Assembly (NCBI GenBank): GCA_963727525.1
Contig: CAVSGO010000008.1
Span: 160,001-224,000 of the forward strand
From: an uncultured bacterium
Lineage (GTDB): Bacteria; Krumholzibacteriota; Krumholzibacteriia; LZORAL124-64-63
Direction of reading: 5' to 3'
Length of the DNA: 64,000 nucleotides
In this document: positions 1-10,703 of the stretch, piece by piece
Position numbering within the stretch: position 1 is the first letter of the stretch
How the letters are laid out: each line of letters begins with the position of its first letter
Made by a program: the position numbers and the translations under genes
The notes under the pieces: generated by a model
Seen by the model: the letters and a program-made list of their open reading frames with translations, nothing else
Told to the model about the DNA's origin: nothing
The model's database searches: none

Positions 1-470
1 TCCTGGCCATATCGTTGACGCTGGCGCTGTCGGCGCTCTTCCTGCTTTCGCTGCTCATCGTGCTCTTCGGTCCGCAACTCACGCAGCAGATCTTCGAGTC
101 CCTCCACATGGCGAGTCAGACGAACACGATCTGGACCAGCCTGCGGTTGCCCATCGCGGCCATTCTGGCTTTCGTCGGCCTGGGGATCCTGTACTACTAC
201 GCGCCAGAGGCGAAGCAGCGCGTGATCCATATCCTGCCCGGGACGGTGGCGGCGTCGGTGATGTGGCTCTCCGCCAGTTCACTCTTTCGCCTCTTCGTAC
301 GGAACTTCGGCAACTACAACGCCACCTACGGCTCGCTGGCGGCGCTGGTGATCCTGATGCTGTGGTTCTGGCTCACCGGATTCATCTTCTTGCTCGGCGC
401 CGAGATCAACGCTCAGATGAAACGCATGGAACACGAGATCGGACACTACCCGATCCGCCTGTTACGCTGA
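1..470 (+). CDS. YihY/BrkB family inner membrane protein (5' truncated)
   Basis: Motif YNATYGSLAALVILMLWFWL...LLGAEIN and several TM segments. Confidence 0.9.
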   Translation, partial: LAISLTLALSALFLLSLLIVLFGPQLTQQIFESLHMASQTNTIWTSLRLPIAAILAFVGLGILYYYAPEAKQRVIHILPGTVAASVMWLSASSLFRLFVRNFGNYNATYGSLAALVILMLWFWLTGFIFLLGAEINAQMKRMEHEIGHYPIRLLR

Positions 471-649
471 GCGGTTTCGTATTCCTTTTATGATGATATC
501 GGAATCACAATATCTAAAAAATCATTGCGGCATTGCCACCGGGGACCTCGTTTGTTAAGGTCATGCGGTCGCATCATGTCCACCTGACGACGATCCCCTC
601 GCCTTCGGGAGGGATCGCGCGGGGTTTTCGTGTACGTGAGGAGAACCCG

Positions 650-3600
650 ATGCGCTGCCGCACTGCGCTCGTCTCTCTGGCTCTCGTCGTGTCGTGTTTC
701 GCGGTCGTGGCGCCCTCGCCGGCCCGCGCTGCGCGCATAGATCCGGAACTCCAGCGCATTCTCGACGAGCACGCGAAGATGGAGATCATCCCCGTCATCA
801 TGCTCTATCCCGAGAGTGCCGAGGGCACCCTCGACAGTCTCGACGTGCAGCTCGAGATGGCGGTGCCGTCGAAGCGGCGCGATGGCGTGATCGTGGCGAT
901 GAAGAAGCACGCGCGCAAGATCCAGTCCGACGCGTGGGCGATCCTGGAGGATCCTGATCATCCCGGCGTGCTCGCCTACTCGGAGATGCTCTACATGGCC
1001 AACGCCATCGCGTTCGGTGGCGATTCCCAGCTCATCCTCGCCGTGGCTGGCAACAAGAGCGCGGACGATGCGGTGCTCTTCTTCGACAAGGATTACGATC
1101 TGCTGACAGCGCAGCGGCAGGCCGCGCCGCGGCAGGACGACGGCATCAAGTCGGCGCGAGGCGACACCGTCTGGAACGTCAAGGCCATCCACGCCGATCG
1201 TGTGTGGAACGAACTGGGTTACAAGGGCGACGGGATCATCGTCGGGCACGTTGACACCGGGGTGTGGATGACCCATCCCGATCTGCGCGACCATATCTGG
1301 GTGAATCCGGCAGAGATCCCGGACAACGGCGTGGACGACGATGGAAACGGCTACGTGGACGACGTCCATGGCTGGGACTTCGGCGACCACGACAACGATC
1401 CCACCGACGACGCCGCCAACGCGGGGCACGGCACCCATACCGCCGGCACGCTTGCCGGCGACGGCACGGGCGGTATCCAGACCGGCGTGGCGCCCGATGC
1501 CACGATCATGCCGTGCAAGGTCTTCAACCAGGCCGGCGGCGGTTCGCTCGGCTCGATCTGGGAGGCGCAGCAGTACTGCGCCGAGAACGGGGCCCGCATC
1601 ATCACCATGTCGGTGAGCATCCGCGGCGATATCCCCACCCAGTTCCTGCGCAACGACCGCTATAACGCGCTGAGCCTGCGCAGCGCTGGTGTCACGGTCT
1701 TCAACTCCTCGGGCAACGACCACGGCGTGTTCGCGCCGCCGATCGAACTGGGCATGACGGCGCGGATCCCGGCGCCCTGGCGACCGGGCGTGCCCTACAG
1801 TTCCGCCGGCGGGATCATCTCGGTCGGCGGCACCGCGTACAAGAGCGACGCGATCTGGAGCGGCAGCAGCCAGGGGCCGGCCGACTGGGGTCAGGTGGAT
1901 CCGTGGTTCGACTGGCCGTACGATCCAGGCACCGGACTCGTGAAGCCGGACATCGTGGCGCCCGCTCAGGGCATCAATTCCACCTTCCCACCGAGCCTCT
2001 ACAGCGGCGAGACGTGGACGGGCACGTCCATGGCCTGCCCGCATGCCGCGGGCGTGGCGGCGCTCATGTTGCAGAAGAATCCCACGCTCTCGCCCGCGGG
2101 CATCGACAGCACGCTGGAGATGTCGGCGATCGATCGGGGCGATGCCGGCAAGGACAACGTCTTCGGCGCGGGCATGCTCGATGCCTACGCGGCCGTGTCC
2201 GCCGTGTCGATGGCGCAGGTGCCGAACCTCGAGGAGGTGGCATTCCTGCCCGATCCCGACGGCAATCAGGTGCTCGATCCGGGCGAGCTGCCCGGCATCG
2301 TCTTCACGCTGGCCAACGTGGGGCAGGTCGCGGCCACGAACGTCATCGGTCGGTTGCGCGTGGTGTCGAACCCGTTCGTGGCGATCTCCGGACAGTTCGG
2401 CAGCGATCGGGCCTCATTCCCCGACCTCGCGCCGGGTGAACAGGCCTCCAATGCGGCGTCGCCTTTCAAACTCGTGGTGTCCACCGCCGCTCCGCAAGGC
2501 TTTCCATTCACACTGCTGTTGACAGTGATGACCGGCGAAGGCTTCGAGCGCACGTTCGACATTCCCACCGCCGTCGGTTTGCCGGAGTTCCGGACCCACG
2601 ACGTGGGGCACGTGTACCTCACGGTCACGGACCAGGGCGGGGTGGGATACCTCGACGATTCCCGGGCCATCGGCCAGGGCATGGGTGTACAGGGGCAGGA
2701 GAGCGCGCTCTTCATCTCCTCGTTGTGGGCAGGGACGGACGCGTCGTATGTGTGCAACAACGACCTCACGGGCAACGGGGCCGATCCCGTGGAGTGGCGG
2801 ACGCGACTGATCCCGGTGGGCCGGGTGGCGGTGGCGTCGGGGCCGCCCTCGGCGCAGACATTCTCGGCCGCCTTCACCGACAGCGGTCACGCGAATCCGC
2901 GGGGCATCGAGGTGCGGCAGATCTCCTGGGCCCATCCGGACCCGCCCTACGACGATGTGGTCATGGTGCAGTACGCGATCGTCAATACCGGTGACGCGAC
3001 GATCACGGATTACTATGCGGGTCTATTCGCCGACTTCGATGTCATGGATTCGTTGCACGACGTGGGCGGTGTCGACACGGCGAATCGCGCGGTGTGGATC
3101 AAGTCCCTGGACGGCCCGTGCTATGGCGTGGCGGTGCTGGGCGACACGCCCGTCAGCAATATCTCGCTGATCGACAACCTCGTCTACATCTACGCCGACA
3201 GCTACATGCACGATGACGACAAGATGCGCTTCCTGCGCGGCGACCTGACCCAGGGCACGACAGCTCAGGAGTCGGACTGGTCGAGCGTGGCCGCGGCGGG
3301 GCCGTTCACGCTGGCTCCGGAGAGCGTGGTGCTCGTGACGTTCGCGTTCGTATACGGCGACGACGAGGCCCACTTCCTCGCCAACGTGCAGGCGGCCAAC
3401 AACGGGTACTCGCCCGTGGTAGCCGTGGATGACGGCCCGCGCGAGCTGCCCGCCAGCGTGCGGCTGCAGCAGAATCTCCCCAACCCCTTCAATCCCGACA
3501 CCGCGATCCGCTACACCGTGCCCACGTCCGGCGCCGTGGATCTCGCCGTGTACGATGTGAGCGGACGGCGGGTGCGCACCCTCGTCACGGGCACCGTGGC

Positions 3601-3730
3601 CGCGGGCGAGCACACGGTGCACTGGAACGGCCGCGACGAGAACGGCGGACTGGTACCTTCGGGGCTCTACCTCTACCGGGTAGTGGGCCACGGCGCCACG
3701 CTCACGCGCAAGATGATGCTCGTGAAGTGA
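650..3730 (+). CDS. Secreted S8 (subtilisin-like) serine peptidase with C-terminal FlgD-Ig domain
   Basis: Catalytic motifs VDTG, GHGTH, GTSMA; signal peptide; RBS GAGGAG before ATG 650; C-terminal PNPFNP...WNGRD motif. Confidence 0.92.
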   Translation: MRCRTALVSLALVVSCFAVVAPSPARAARIDPELQRILDEHAKMEIIPVIMLYPESAEGTLDSLDVQLEMAVPSKRRDGVIVAMKKHARKIQSDAWAILEDPDHPGVLAYSEMLYMANAIAFGGDSQLILAVAGNKSADDAVLFFDKDYDLLTAQRQAAPRQDDGIKSARGDTVWNVKAIHADRVWNELGYKGDGIIVGHVDTGVWMTHPDLRDHIWVNPAEIPDNGVDDDGNGYVDDVHGWDFGDHDNDPTDDAANAGHGTHTAGTLAGDGTGGIQTGVAPDATIMPCKVFNQAGGGSLGSIWEAQQYCAENGARIITMSVSIRGDIPTQFLRNDRYNALSLRSAGVTVFNSSGNDHGVFAPPIELGMTARIPAPWRPGVPYSSAGGIISVGGTAYKSDAIWSGSSQGPADWGQVDPWFDWPYDPGTGLVKPDIVAPAQGINSTFPPSLYSGETWTGTSMACPHAAGVAALMLQKNPTLSPAGIDSTLEMSAIDRGDAGKDNVFGAGMLDAYAAVSAVSMAQVPNLEEVAFLPDPDGNQVLDPGELPGIVFTLANVGQVAATNVIGRLRVVSNPFVAISGQFGSDRASFPDLAPGEQASNAASPFKLVVSTAAPQGFPFTLLLTVMTGEGFERTFDIPTAVGLPEFRTHDVGHVYLTVTDQGGVGYLDDSRAIGQGMGVQGQESALFISSLWAGTDASYVCNNDLTGNGADPVEWRTRLIPVGRVAVASGPPSAQTFSAAFTDSGHANPRGIEVRQISWAHPDPPYDDVVMVQYAIVNTGDATITDYYAGLFADFDVMDSLHDVGGVDTANRAVWIKSLDGPCYGVAVLGDTPVSNISLIDNLVYIYADSYMHDDDKMRFLRGDLTQGTTAQESDWSSVAAAGPFTLAPESVVLVTFAFVYGDDEAHFLANVQAANNGYSPVVAVDDGPRELPASVRLQQNLPNPFNPDTAIRYTVPTSGAVDLAVYDVSGRRVRTLVTGTVAAGEHTVHWNGRDENGGLVPSGLYLYRVVGHGATLTRKMMLVK

Positions 3731-3981
3731 TGCCGTATCAGCGTCGCCGTGCGGGGAATCTGCCGCGCGCCCGCGACTGGAATCGACCTTGCATCACCAC
3801 CGGGCCGGAGCCGAGAGGCGACCGGCCCGGTTCTCGTGTACCCACCAGACGCACCGGGCGGTTGCTGCCTCGTTGTTTCTCGTGACGGCGTGTCGCGCAG
3901 CGTCGGGCCGCGTGCGCGTATGGAACATCGATGTCGGGCGGCACACTCACGCCGCGCGACACTGGACCAGGTGGTGCCACG

Positions 3982-6390
3982 ATGCTGCGTTTTGCCTGCT
4001 TGCTCGCCGTCGGCGTTGGCTTATGCCTGCCGGCGACCTCCGGAACCGCCCTGGCGGGTGCCTCCGCACCGCACCCCATGCCGGCGCATCCGGATCTGAT
4101 CCGGACGCTCGGCCCCACCAGGGTCGCCGCCCTCCAGCGCGCCGGATTGCCGGAGCGCGAGGGCTACGAGATGATGACCAGGAGCCTGCGCCGGACGCAC
4201 CTGGCCGCCGACAAGGCCCGCACGAACGGCACCGGCTCCTGCCTCTTCATTCTCTGGACGTTCCCCGACCACACGGCCGACACGGCGGATCACCCGCGCG
4301 GCGACTACGAGGACATGTTCTTCTCGATCGGCACCTACCCCACCGGCAGCATGAACGACTTCTACCTCGAGGCAAGCCACGGCACCTACCAGATCGGGGG
4401 TGTCGTGAGCGGCTGGACCACGTCCTCGCACACGTATGCGAGCTACGCGAACGCTGATGGCACGCAGGACTATTACACCTGCAAGGAGATGATCCGTGAC
4501 GTCATCGCGCAGCTCGATCCGGTGGTCGACTTCGCGCAATTCGACAACGATGGCCCGGATGGCATTCCCGACAGTGGCGACGACGACGGGAGCGTCGACT
4601 CCATCTTCTTCATCCACGCCGGCCCCGGCCAGGAAGCCTCCGGCAGCACCCAGGACATCTGGTCGCACGCCTGGTCGTTCTGGGACCTGACGACGAACGA
4701 CGGCGTGGACATCGGGCGGTACTCCGTGGAGCCCGAGGAGTTGCCGAGCGGGGACATGAGCACGATGGGCGTGTTCGCGCACGAGTACGGTCACGTGCTC
4801 GGCCTACCCGATCTCTACGACACCGACTATAGCTCGAGCGGTATCGGCGAGTGGGGCCTCATGTCGGGCGGTTCGTGGAACAGCCGCCCCGGCGACCTCG
4901 GCGGAAGCTGTCCGGCGCAGATGACGGCCTGGAGCAAGGCGCAGCTCGGTTGGGTGACACCGGTGGCCATCACAGCCACCACCACCGACCTGGTGCTGCC
5001 GGCCGCCGCCACACATGCGGTGGCGTACCGCGTGTGGCGAGACGGGGCCGCAGGCAGCGACGAGTACTTCCTCATCGAGAACCGCCAGAACGTGGGCTTC
5101 GACGCCGGGCTCGTGCGCCGTCAGGTCGACTACGGCCTGCCCCTGGCCGATGGCCTCTTGCTCTATCACGTCGACGACGCCATGGGCAGCAATACCAACG
5201 ATCACCACCGCCTCCTCGACGTCGAGGACGCCAGCCCCTGGATCCTGAACGACGGCAGCGCGCGCGAGAATCTCGACGGCGTGATCGACTACGGCGTGCG
5301 GCGCTACGTCTGGAGCTATAACCGCGGCGACAACGGCGACACGTGGCCGGGCTTCTCCGCCGTCAACGGCGATTCGACCGACTGGCTGTCGCCCCGCGAT
5401 CGCGATCGCTTCGCCGACGACACCACGCCGGGCGCCGAGGACTACGCCTGCGCGCCCACCGGCGTGGCCATCACACACATCGTGCTCAGTGGCGACGACG
5501 TGGTGGCCGACGTGGAGATCAACACGCCGCAGATCAGCACGCCGGCCGTGCCGGCCAGCGTGGTCTGGGACTTCGAGGACGGCATGCAGGACCTGCGCGG
5601 CTGCAATGCCGTCGCCCACTTCGACCAGACCCAGGCTGGAACCTGCGGCGGCCCGGGTGGCCTGTGGTTCGGCACCACGGGCTGGGACTACTGCGGCGGC
5701 GCGGGCTACGGCAACAACTGGGACGACGCCGTCGCGGTGGCGGCGCTCGTGGGTATCGACGCGGCGCCGCAGGTCATCCTGACGCACCGCTACGAGACCG
5801 AGTCGGGCTACGACTTCGCGCGCCTGGAGGTGCGGGCTGCCGACGTGGGTGCGGCCTGGACCACGCTCGGCTCGTTCAGCGGCAGCGCGAACTGCCGCAC
5901 CGATACCTGGACGATTCCGCCCACAGTGCTCGAGGCCGGCCGCGTGGGCGCCACCGGCAACGCCAAGGTCGAGCTGCGAATGCGGCTGACAAGCGACGGC
6001 TCCTACTCGCCGGAAGACGGCAACTTCTGCGGCGTGGGCTGGTGGGTCGATCAGCTCGAGGTCACCGGCACACCCACCGGTGTCGACGAGTTGCCAGGTG
6101 CGATGCCCACGGTGGCGCAGCTCCGCCCGCCGGTGCCCAATCCGTTCAATCCGCTCACCGTGCTGCCTTACTTCGTACCCACCGGCGCGCGCGCCGTGAC
6201 ACTGCGCGTGTATGACGCGCGCGGCAGCGCGGTGCGCATGCTCGTGTCGGGACCGGCCGCCCCCGGCTGGCAGGAGGCGCGCTGGGACGGACGCGACGAC
6301 GGCGGCAACCGCGTGGCGAGCGGCCTGTACTTCGCGACGCTGCAGGTCGACGGCACGCAGCGCACGCAGAAGGTCGCTCTCGTGAAGTGA
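3982..6390 (+). CDS. M6 family (immune inhibitor A-like) metalloprotease with C-terminal FlgD-Ig domain
   Basis: HEYGHVLGLPDLY zinc motif, EYFLIENRQ, signal peptide, PNPFNP...WDGRD C-terminus. Confidence 0.9.
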   Translation: MLRFACLLAVGVGLCLPATSGTALAGASAPHPMPAHPDLIRTLGPTRVAALQRAGLPEREGYEMMTRSLRRTHLAADKARTNGTGSCLFILWTFPDHTADTADHPRGDYEDMFFSIGTYPTGSMNDFYLEASHGTYQIGGVVSGWTTSSHTYASYANADGTQDYYTCKEMIRDVIAQLDPVVDFAQFDNDGPDGIPDSGDDDGSVDSIFFIHAGPGQEASGSTQDIWSHAWSFWDLTTNDGVDIGRYSVEPEELPSGDMSTMGVFAHEYGHVLGLPDLYDTDYSSSGIGEWGLMSGGSWNSRPGDLGGSCPAQMTAWSKAQLGWVTPVAITATTTDLVLPAAATHAVAYRVWRDGAAGSDEYFLIENRQNVGFDAGLVRRQVDYGLPLADGLLLYHVDDAMGSNTNDHHRLLDVEDASPWILNDGSARENLDGVIDYGVRRYVWSYNRGDNGDTWPGFSAVNGDSTDWLSPRDRDRFADDTTPGAEDYACAPTGVAITHIVLSGDDVVADVEINTPQISTPAVPASVVWDFEDGMQDLRGCNAVAHFDQTQAGTCGGPGGLWFGTTGWDYCGGAGYGNNWDDAVAVAALVGIDAAPQVILTHRYETESGYDFARLEVRAADVGAAWTTLGSFSGSANCRTDTWTIPPTVLEAGRVGATGNAKVELRMRLTSDGSYSPEDGNFCGVGWWVDQLEVTGTPTGVDELPGAMPTVAQLRPPVPNPFNPLTVLPYFVPTGARAVTLRVYDARGSAVRMLVSGPAAPGWQEARWDGRDDGGNRVASGLYFATLQVDGTQRTQKVALVK

Positions 6391-6445
6391 CCGGCCGCCC
6401 GCGATCGCCCTTGCGTCGGCGCGGGTTTCGTGGCTTCGTGGAGCC

Positions 6446-7324
6446 ATGGACCCGCGCCGACGTCTCATCCTCGCCGTGCTCGCGCTCGTCGCCGTCGGCG
6501 CTTGCCATGGTGGCGAGCGCAAGATCATACCCGCGCCGTTGTCGCGGGTATGGGCGTACAACGCACAGGCCCCGCAGCTCCGCCGCGAAGCGACCCTCGA
6601 CAGCTTGCTCGCCCAGGAGCAGGGCCTGCCGACGGCCCACCGCATCGGCCTGTGGGCGCGGCGTTTCCGTGCCGATACCACCAACGTCTACTGCTTCGGG
6701 CCGAAGCCGGGCGGCTACGTGAGTGAGGGCCGCCTGGTCGACGACGCGCACGTTGACTGCATCAGCCTGCTCTACCGTGTCTGCGAACTGGCGCAGGCAC
6801 GCACGGCCCGCGACGCCGTCACGGTGGCGCTGCGCACGCGGTTCGCGGGCGCGTCCCTCGACTCGGTGGTCGATGCGACCGGCCGTGTCGACTATACCGA
6901 TCCGGCGCACCTCGACTACAGCCTCGACATGGTGCAGAGTGGCCTGTGGGGCGCCGACGTCACGCCTACCCTGACGGGTGCCGTGCGCGATCGCAACGGC
7001 AGCGCCCGCTACGCTCCGGGGAGCTTCGCCTACGTGCCGACGGATTCTCTGCGCACGACCGAGCTGCACGACGGCGATCTCGTGTGGTTCGTGCTGAGTC
7101 CCGCCAGTGCGGACGCGCGCCGCCTGCGCGACGGCTACGGCCTGGTGATCGGCCACGCGGGCATCGTGATCGTGGAGGATGGGCAGAGGATCCTGGTGCA
7201 CGCGGCCAGCAGCGATCTGCCGGGGGAGTACACGGGCGGTCACGTGGTGAGCGTGCCGCTCATGACCTACCTGTCGCGGGTGGACCGCTTCGCGGGCATC
7301 GTCGTGACGCGCTTCGTACCCTGA
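6446..7324 (+). CDS. DUF1460/NlpC-P60-like amidase lipoprotein
   Basis: Lipobox LVAVGAC; DC, HAG and HASS-like (HAASS) papain-fold motifs. Confidence 0.7.
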   Translation: MDPRRRLILAVLALVAVGACHGGERKIIPAPLSRVWAYNAQAPQLRREATLDSLLAQEQGLPTAHRIGLWARRFRADTTNVYCFGPKPGGYVSEGRLVDDAHVDCISLLYRVCELAQARTARDAVTVALRTRFAGASLDSVVDATGRVDYTDPAHLDYSLDMVQSGLWGADVTPTLTGAVRDRNGSARYAPGSFAYVPTDSLRTTELHDGDLVWFVLSPASADARRLRDGYGLVIGHAGIVIVEDGQRILVHAASSDLPGEYTGGHVVSVPLMTYLSRVDRFAGIVVTRFVP

Positions 7325-7331
7325 CGAGGCC

Positions 7332-9200
7332 CTATTTCGCCGGCACCACCGACAGCGACACCGTCGCCTGGGTCGAGTCGCCACCGGCGAAGGCGCGCGC
7401 CACGACCGGCCACACGGTGGTGTCGGCGGCCGCGGGGGCCGTGAGCTCCGCGCTCCAGGTCGCGAGTCCAGCGGCAACAATGCGCGCGCTGCCCGCGAGC
7501 ACGACCACCGAATCGAGCGCCGCGCCGGCCGCGTAGGGCGCCGCAGTGCCGGACACCGCCACCGCGTTTTCCGCCGTGACCACCGCGCCGTTCTGCGGCG
7601 CCGTGATCCTGATCGCGAGCCGGCTCACGGTGACCGAGATTTCGACGGTCGCGCTGTCGGCCGGCAACGTCGTCGTGCTGTCGATGTAGGCGCGGGCCGT
7701 GATGAGCCGTACGGTGTCGGCGTTCAGCTCGGGCACGGTCCAGTCGTAGGCCCAGTCCTCGGTGCCGTCCACCGCCACGAAGCCATCGCCGACGTTGACC
7801 TTCACCGACGTCACCGGGCGGTTGGTGTCACGGCTCCACGCGCGGCCGCGCAATCCCACCAGCGTACCGCCGCGCACGATGGTGCCGTCCGTCGGCGTGA
7901 TGATGTCGACCGCCACGTCCGCGCTCGTGACGGTGACCTGGTCGGTGAGCACGGCGGATTCGTTCCAGTAGTTGCGGTACTGCACGTAAACGACATGGAA
8001 GCCGGGCGTGGTGTCCAGGGTGACCGTCGCCGTGTCCTGGTACGCCATCCACGGGGCGGCCGTGAATGCGGGATCGGTGGCCAGGCGCATCTGCGTTGCC
8101 ACGGCGTGGCTGAAGACGGTCAGGAAACCCTGGCCGACGACATGGTTGGCCGGCACGTCCAGCGTGAACGACGCGCTCGTGAGCTGATCCGGAGAGATGC
8201 GCACGCTGTCGACGTAGGTGAACGCCGGATCGAACTGACTGCCGTACTCGGCGAAGACCGCCTGCGTCGTCGGGTCGTCGCGCAGGACATAACCTCCGTA
8301 TGTGGCGCTCGGCGGCAGCCACGCCGAGTCGGCCAGCGCCGATCTCGTCGGCGCGAATCGCATGCGCGTGACGCCGCGGGCCTCGTTGCCCACCGCGAGC
8401 GCGATCGACCGATCGGCCACCGTCGTGCCGCCGCCCACCTGGCGCACGGAGGGCTTGAACTGCACCGTCAAGGGCACGTTTGCGGTGTCCGAGCTGATGG
8501 TCTGCGGCTGGCCGCCCGACTCGAAGGTGGAGAACGCCGTCGCGTAGACGTGCAACACGGCGCCGTTCGCGGTGGCATGGCCGAGGTCCCAGTCGTCGAC
8601 CACCACCGTGGTGCTCGAGTCGCCCAGGGCACGTGTCACCGTGCTGCTGTCCGGGAACGCTGCCTCGCGCGATACCTTGACCGAGTCGAACCCGGCCCCG
8701 CGCACCTTCAACGTCTGGAAGCGCCGGCTCACGGAGAGCACCCCCGTGCCGACCACCACCACCGGCGGTACCGGGATCGATGCCGCCACGACGTTGCTCA
8801 GGTAGGTGAACAGTTCGTCGCTGTTGAAGGCCTGGACCTTGTAATAGTTGGTCCGCGCGCCCACCGGCAACGAATCGGTGTACGAGAACGTGGCCGCCTG
8901 CGTCGCCGCGACCTGGCCGAGGTTGTCGAAGTGCACGGCATCGAGGGATCGGAAGACGCGGTAGCTGACGATATCGTAGTTCTTGAGCTGTTTCCAGGTG
9001 ACGACGACGGTGCTGCCCTGGAAGACCGCGCGCAGTGCGAAGGGGTCGCTCCCCGCCGACCCGTGCGGGTCGAATGGATTGGCGTACTCGGGAGCCGCGG
9101 GGTTCTTGCTGCATCCCTGGGCGAGTCCGAAGATCAGCGCTCCCAGCAGGAGGGCCAGCCACAGGGTCGCGAGATGTCGGATGCGAAGCGAGTGCATCAC
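7332..9200 (-). CDS. Lipoprotein with FN3/Ig-like repeats
   Basis: Lipobox LAQGC; beta-rich Thr/Val repeats (YRVFRS, MRFA/MRLA..W, ITAP..G). Confidence 0.7.
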   Translation of the reverse strand: MMHSLRIRHLATLWLALLLGALIFGLAQGCSKNPAAPEYANPFDPHGSAGSDPFALRAVFQGSTVVVTWKQLKNYDIVSYRVFRSLDAVHFDNLGQVAATQAATFSYTDSLPVGARTNYYKVQAFNSDELFTYLSNVVAASIPVPPVVVVGTGVLSVSRRFQTLKVRGAGFDSVKVSREAAFPDSSTVTRALGDSSTTVVVDDWDLGHATANGAVLHVYATAFSTFESGGQPQTISSDTANVPLTVQFKPSVRQVGGGTTVADRSIALAVGNEARGVTRMRFAPTRSALADSAWLPPSATYGGYVLRDDPTTQAVFAEYGSQFDPAFTYVDSVRISPDQLTSASFTLDVPANHVVGQGFLTVFSHAVATQMRLATDPAFTAAPWMAYQDTATVTLDTTPGFHVVYVQYRNYWNESAVLTDQVTVTSADVAVDIITPTDGTIVRGGTLVGLRGRAWSRDTNRPVTSVKVNVGDGFVAVDGTEDWAYDWTVPELNADTVRLITARAYIDSTTTLPADSATVEISVTVSRLAIRITAPQNGAVVTAENAVAVSGTAAPYAAGAALDSVVVLAGSARIVAAGLATWSAELTAPAAADTTVWPVVARAFAGGDSTQATVSLSVVPAK

Positions 9201-9214
9201 GCGGTGCTCCCTCG

Positions 9215-9967
9215 TCAGAACGCCAGACTCACGCCGGCATGAATGCCCACCCCACGCTCGTACCCACCGTCGCCGACCGCCGCCGCGACCGGCGGCACCG
9301 GTCCCGGACCGACGTCGGCGTGCGGGAAGAGCAGGAACGCGTCGAGCATGCTCACCGCGATCGCACCGGCGGCGACGAGCAGACCGGTGTTGCGCAGATT
9401 CGTGGCGTCCTGCATGTCCTGGTACGCCTGATTGCTGAGCGCGTGGTAGTGGTCGAGCACGTCGGGATCGATGGTGCCGTCGTACTCGGCCTTGTAGAGG
9501 ATGTAGTCGTCACGATAGGTCTGGCGCTGCGACTCGCTGATGGCCGCGGTGACCAGGCCGCCAGCTTCCGCGGCCGCATAGATCCACCCGCGCCAGCGCG
9601 CGCCCATGGACATCTGTCCGAGCCCGGCGAAGACGAGGTTGTTCGTCACGGCGTGGCTGCGCTGGATCCGCTCGGGCCGGATGCGCAGGTACACCCAGTC
9701 GGCATCGTCAGCGAGCACCACGGTCTGACTGAAGTCGTGGTAGCCGGGCGCCGTGAACGTCACGGTGTAGGTTCCGCGCCCCAGCTCGAGGGGCTGGGCC
9801 AGCGGCAGCGAACCGAGGCGGTGTCCATCGACCGCCAGCGTGCCGCCCGCGGGACCGGTGACCGCCAGCGTGGCCGCCGCGGCCGCGCCGGCGCCGAGGA
9901 AGAGGATCAAGACGGGAACCAGATACCGGTGGTGGCGCAAGGTCGGTCGCGTCATCGTCTCCATCAC
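9215..9967 (-). CDS. PEGA-domain protein
   Basis: Signal peptide then VDG..LG..PL....L..G.Y.V....PGY; C-terminal GLGQ and helical region. Confidence 0.75.
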   Translation of the reverse strand: MMETMTRPTLRHHRYLVPVLILFLGAGAAAAATLAVTGPAGGTLAVDGHRLGSLPLAQPLELGRGTYTVTFTAPGYHDFSQTVVLADDADWVYLRIRPERIQRSHAVTNNLVFAGLGQMSMGARWRGWIYAAAEAGGLVTAAISESQRQTYRDDYILYKAEYDGTIDPDVLDHYHALSNQAYQDMQDATNLRNTGLLVAAGAIAVSMLDAFLLFPHADVGPGPVPPVAAAVGDGGYERGVGIHAGVSLAF

Positions 9968-10075
9968 CTGTCGGGATGATCGCGCGCGCTCACCCCGGCG
10001 CGGGGCGAGCGACTCGAACCAGCGACCAGTATAAGAGAAAGACGGGCAACGGAAAAGGCCGTTGACCGCACCCGG

Positions 10076-10510
10076 TCAGGCCCGGTGGTAGGGCATGCCC
10101 CGCATGATCGTCACCCCCCGGTAGATCTGCTCCACGAGCAGCGCCCGCGCCCACTCGTGCGTCAGGGTGAGGGACGATAGCCGCATGACCCTGTCGGCGC
10201 GCTCGCGCACTGCCGCCCCGAGCCCATCGGCCCCCCCGACGAGAAAGGCCACGCTGCCGTGAGCCCCGAGCAGGCGGGCCATGTCCGCACTCGTCACGTC
10301 GTCGCCATGCTCGTCCATGGCCACCACGTAGGTCGCCGAGGCCTCTCCCCCCAGCCGCCGCACCATTTCGCGTCCCTCCCGCTCGGGGTCCTGGTCCTTC
10401 AGTTCCACGACCTCGCACGGCGCAAGGGGGCGCAGGCGACGAAGGTATTCAGAGGTGAGGTGGGAGAGGTGGGGGTCTTTGACCCGCCCCACCGCAATCA
10501 GGCGTATCAC
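10076..10510 (-). CDS. rlmH: 23S rRNA (pseudouridine-1915-N3)-methyltransferase
   Basis: SPOUT motifs FLVGGADG, LSSLTLTHE, EQIYRG...PYH. Confidence 0.95.
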   Translation of the reverse strand: MIRLIAVGRVKDPHLSHLTSEYLRRLRPLAPCEVVELKDQDPEREGREMVRRLGGEASATYVVAMDEHGDDVTSADMARLLGAHGSVAFLVGGADGLGAAVRERADRVMRLSSLTLTHEWARALLVEQIYRGVTIMRGMPYHRA

Positions 10511-10515
10511 AATAG

Positions 10516-10657
10516 GTGCCTCGAAGAATGTTGATGGCCTAATCTGGGGTCTAACGATAGGCTCATTTTAGACCTAACATCACTATTTTTGTCCCTAAGT
10601 CATTCAGGTTCGGCTGATTCCTGATCAGTCCGACGACATCAACAATCATCGAGGCAC
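10516..10657. mobile_element. 142-bp MITE-like element with the ends of the IS at 31441 and 46692
   Basis: Left end GTGCCTCGAAGAATGTTGATGG matches the IS left end at 20/22; right end CATCAACAATCATCGAGGCAC is its imperfect inverted repeat; followed by AACC like both IS copies. Confidence 0.8.
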
Positions 10658-10703
10658 AACCCAGGGGTTGGCAAGTCGGCGATTGTCTGATGAGATGATA
10701 TCC

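Noticed and set aside
10040-10100. rlmH 3' end as an SCC-type integration site
   Set aside because: No recombinase or att-like direct repeat nearby.
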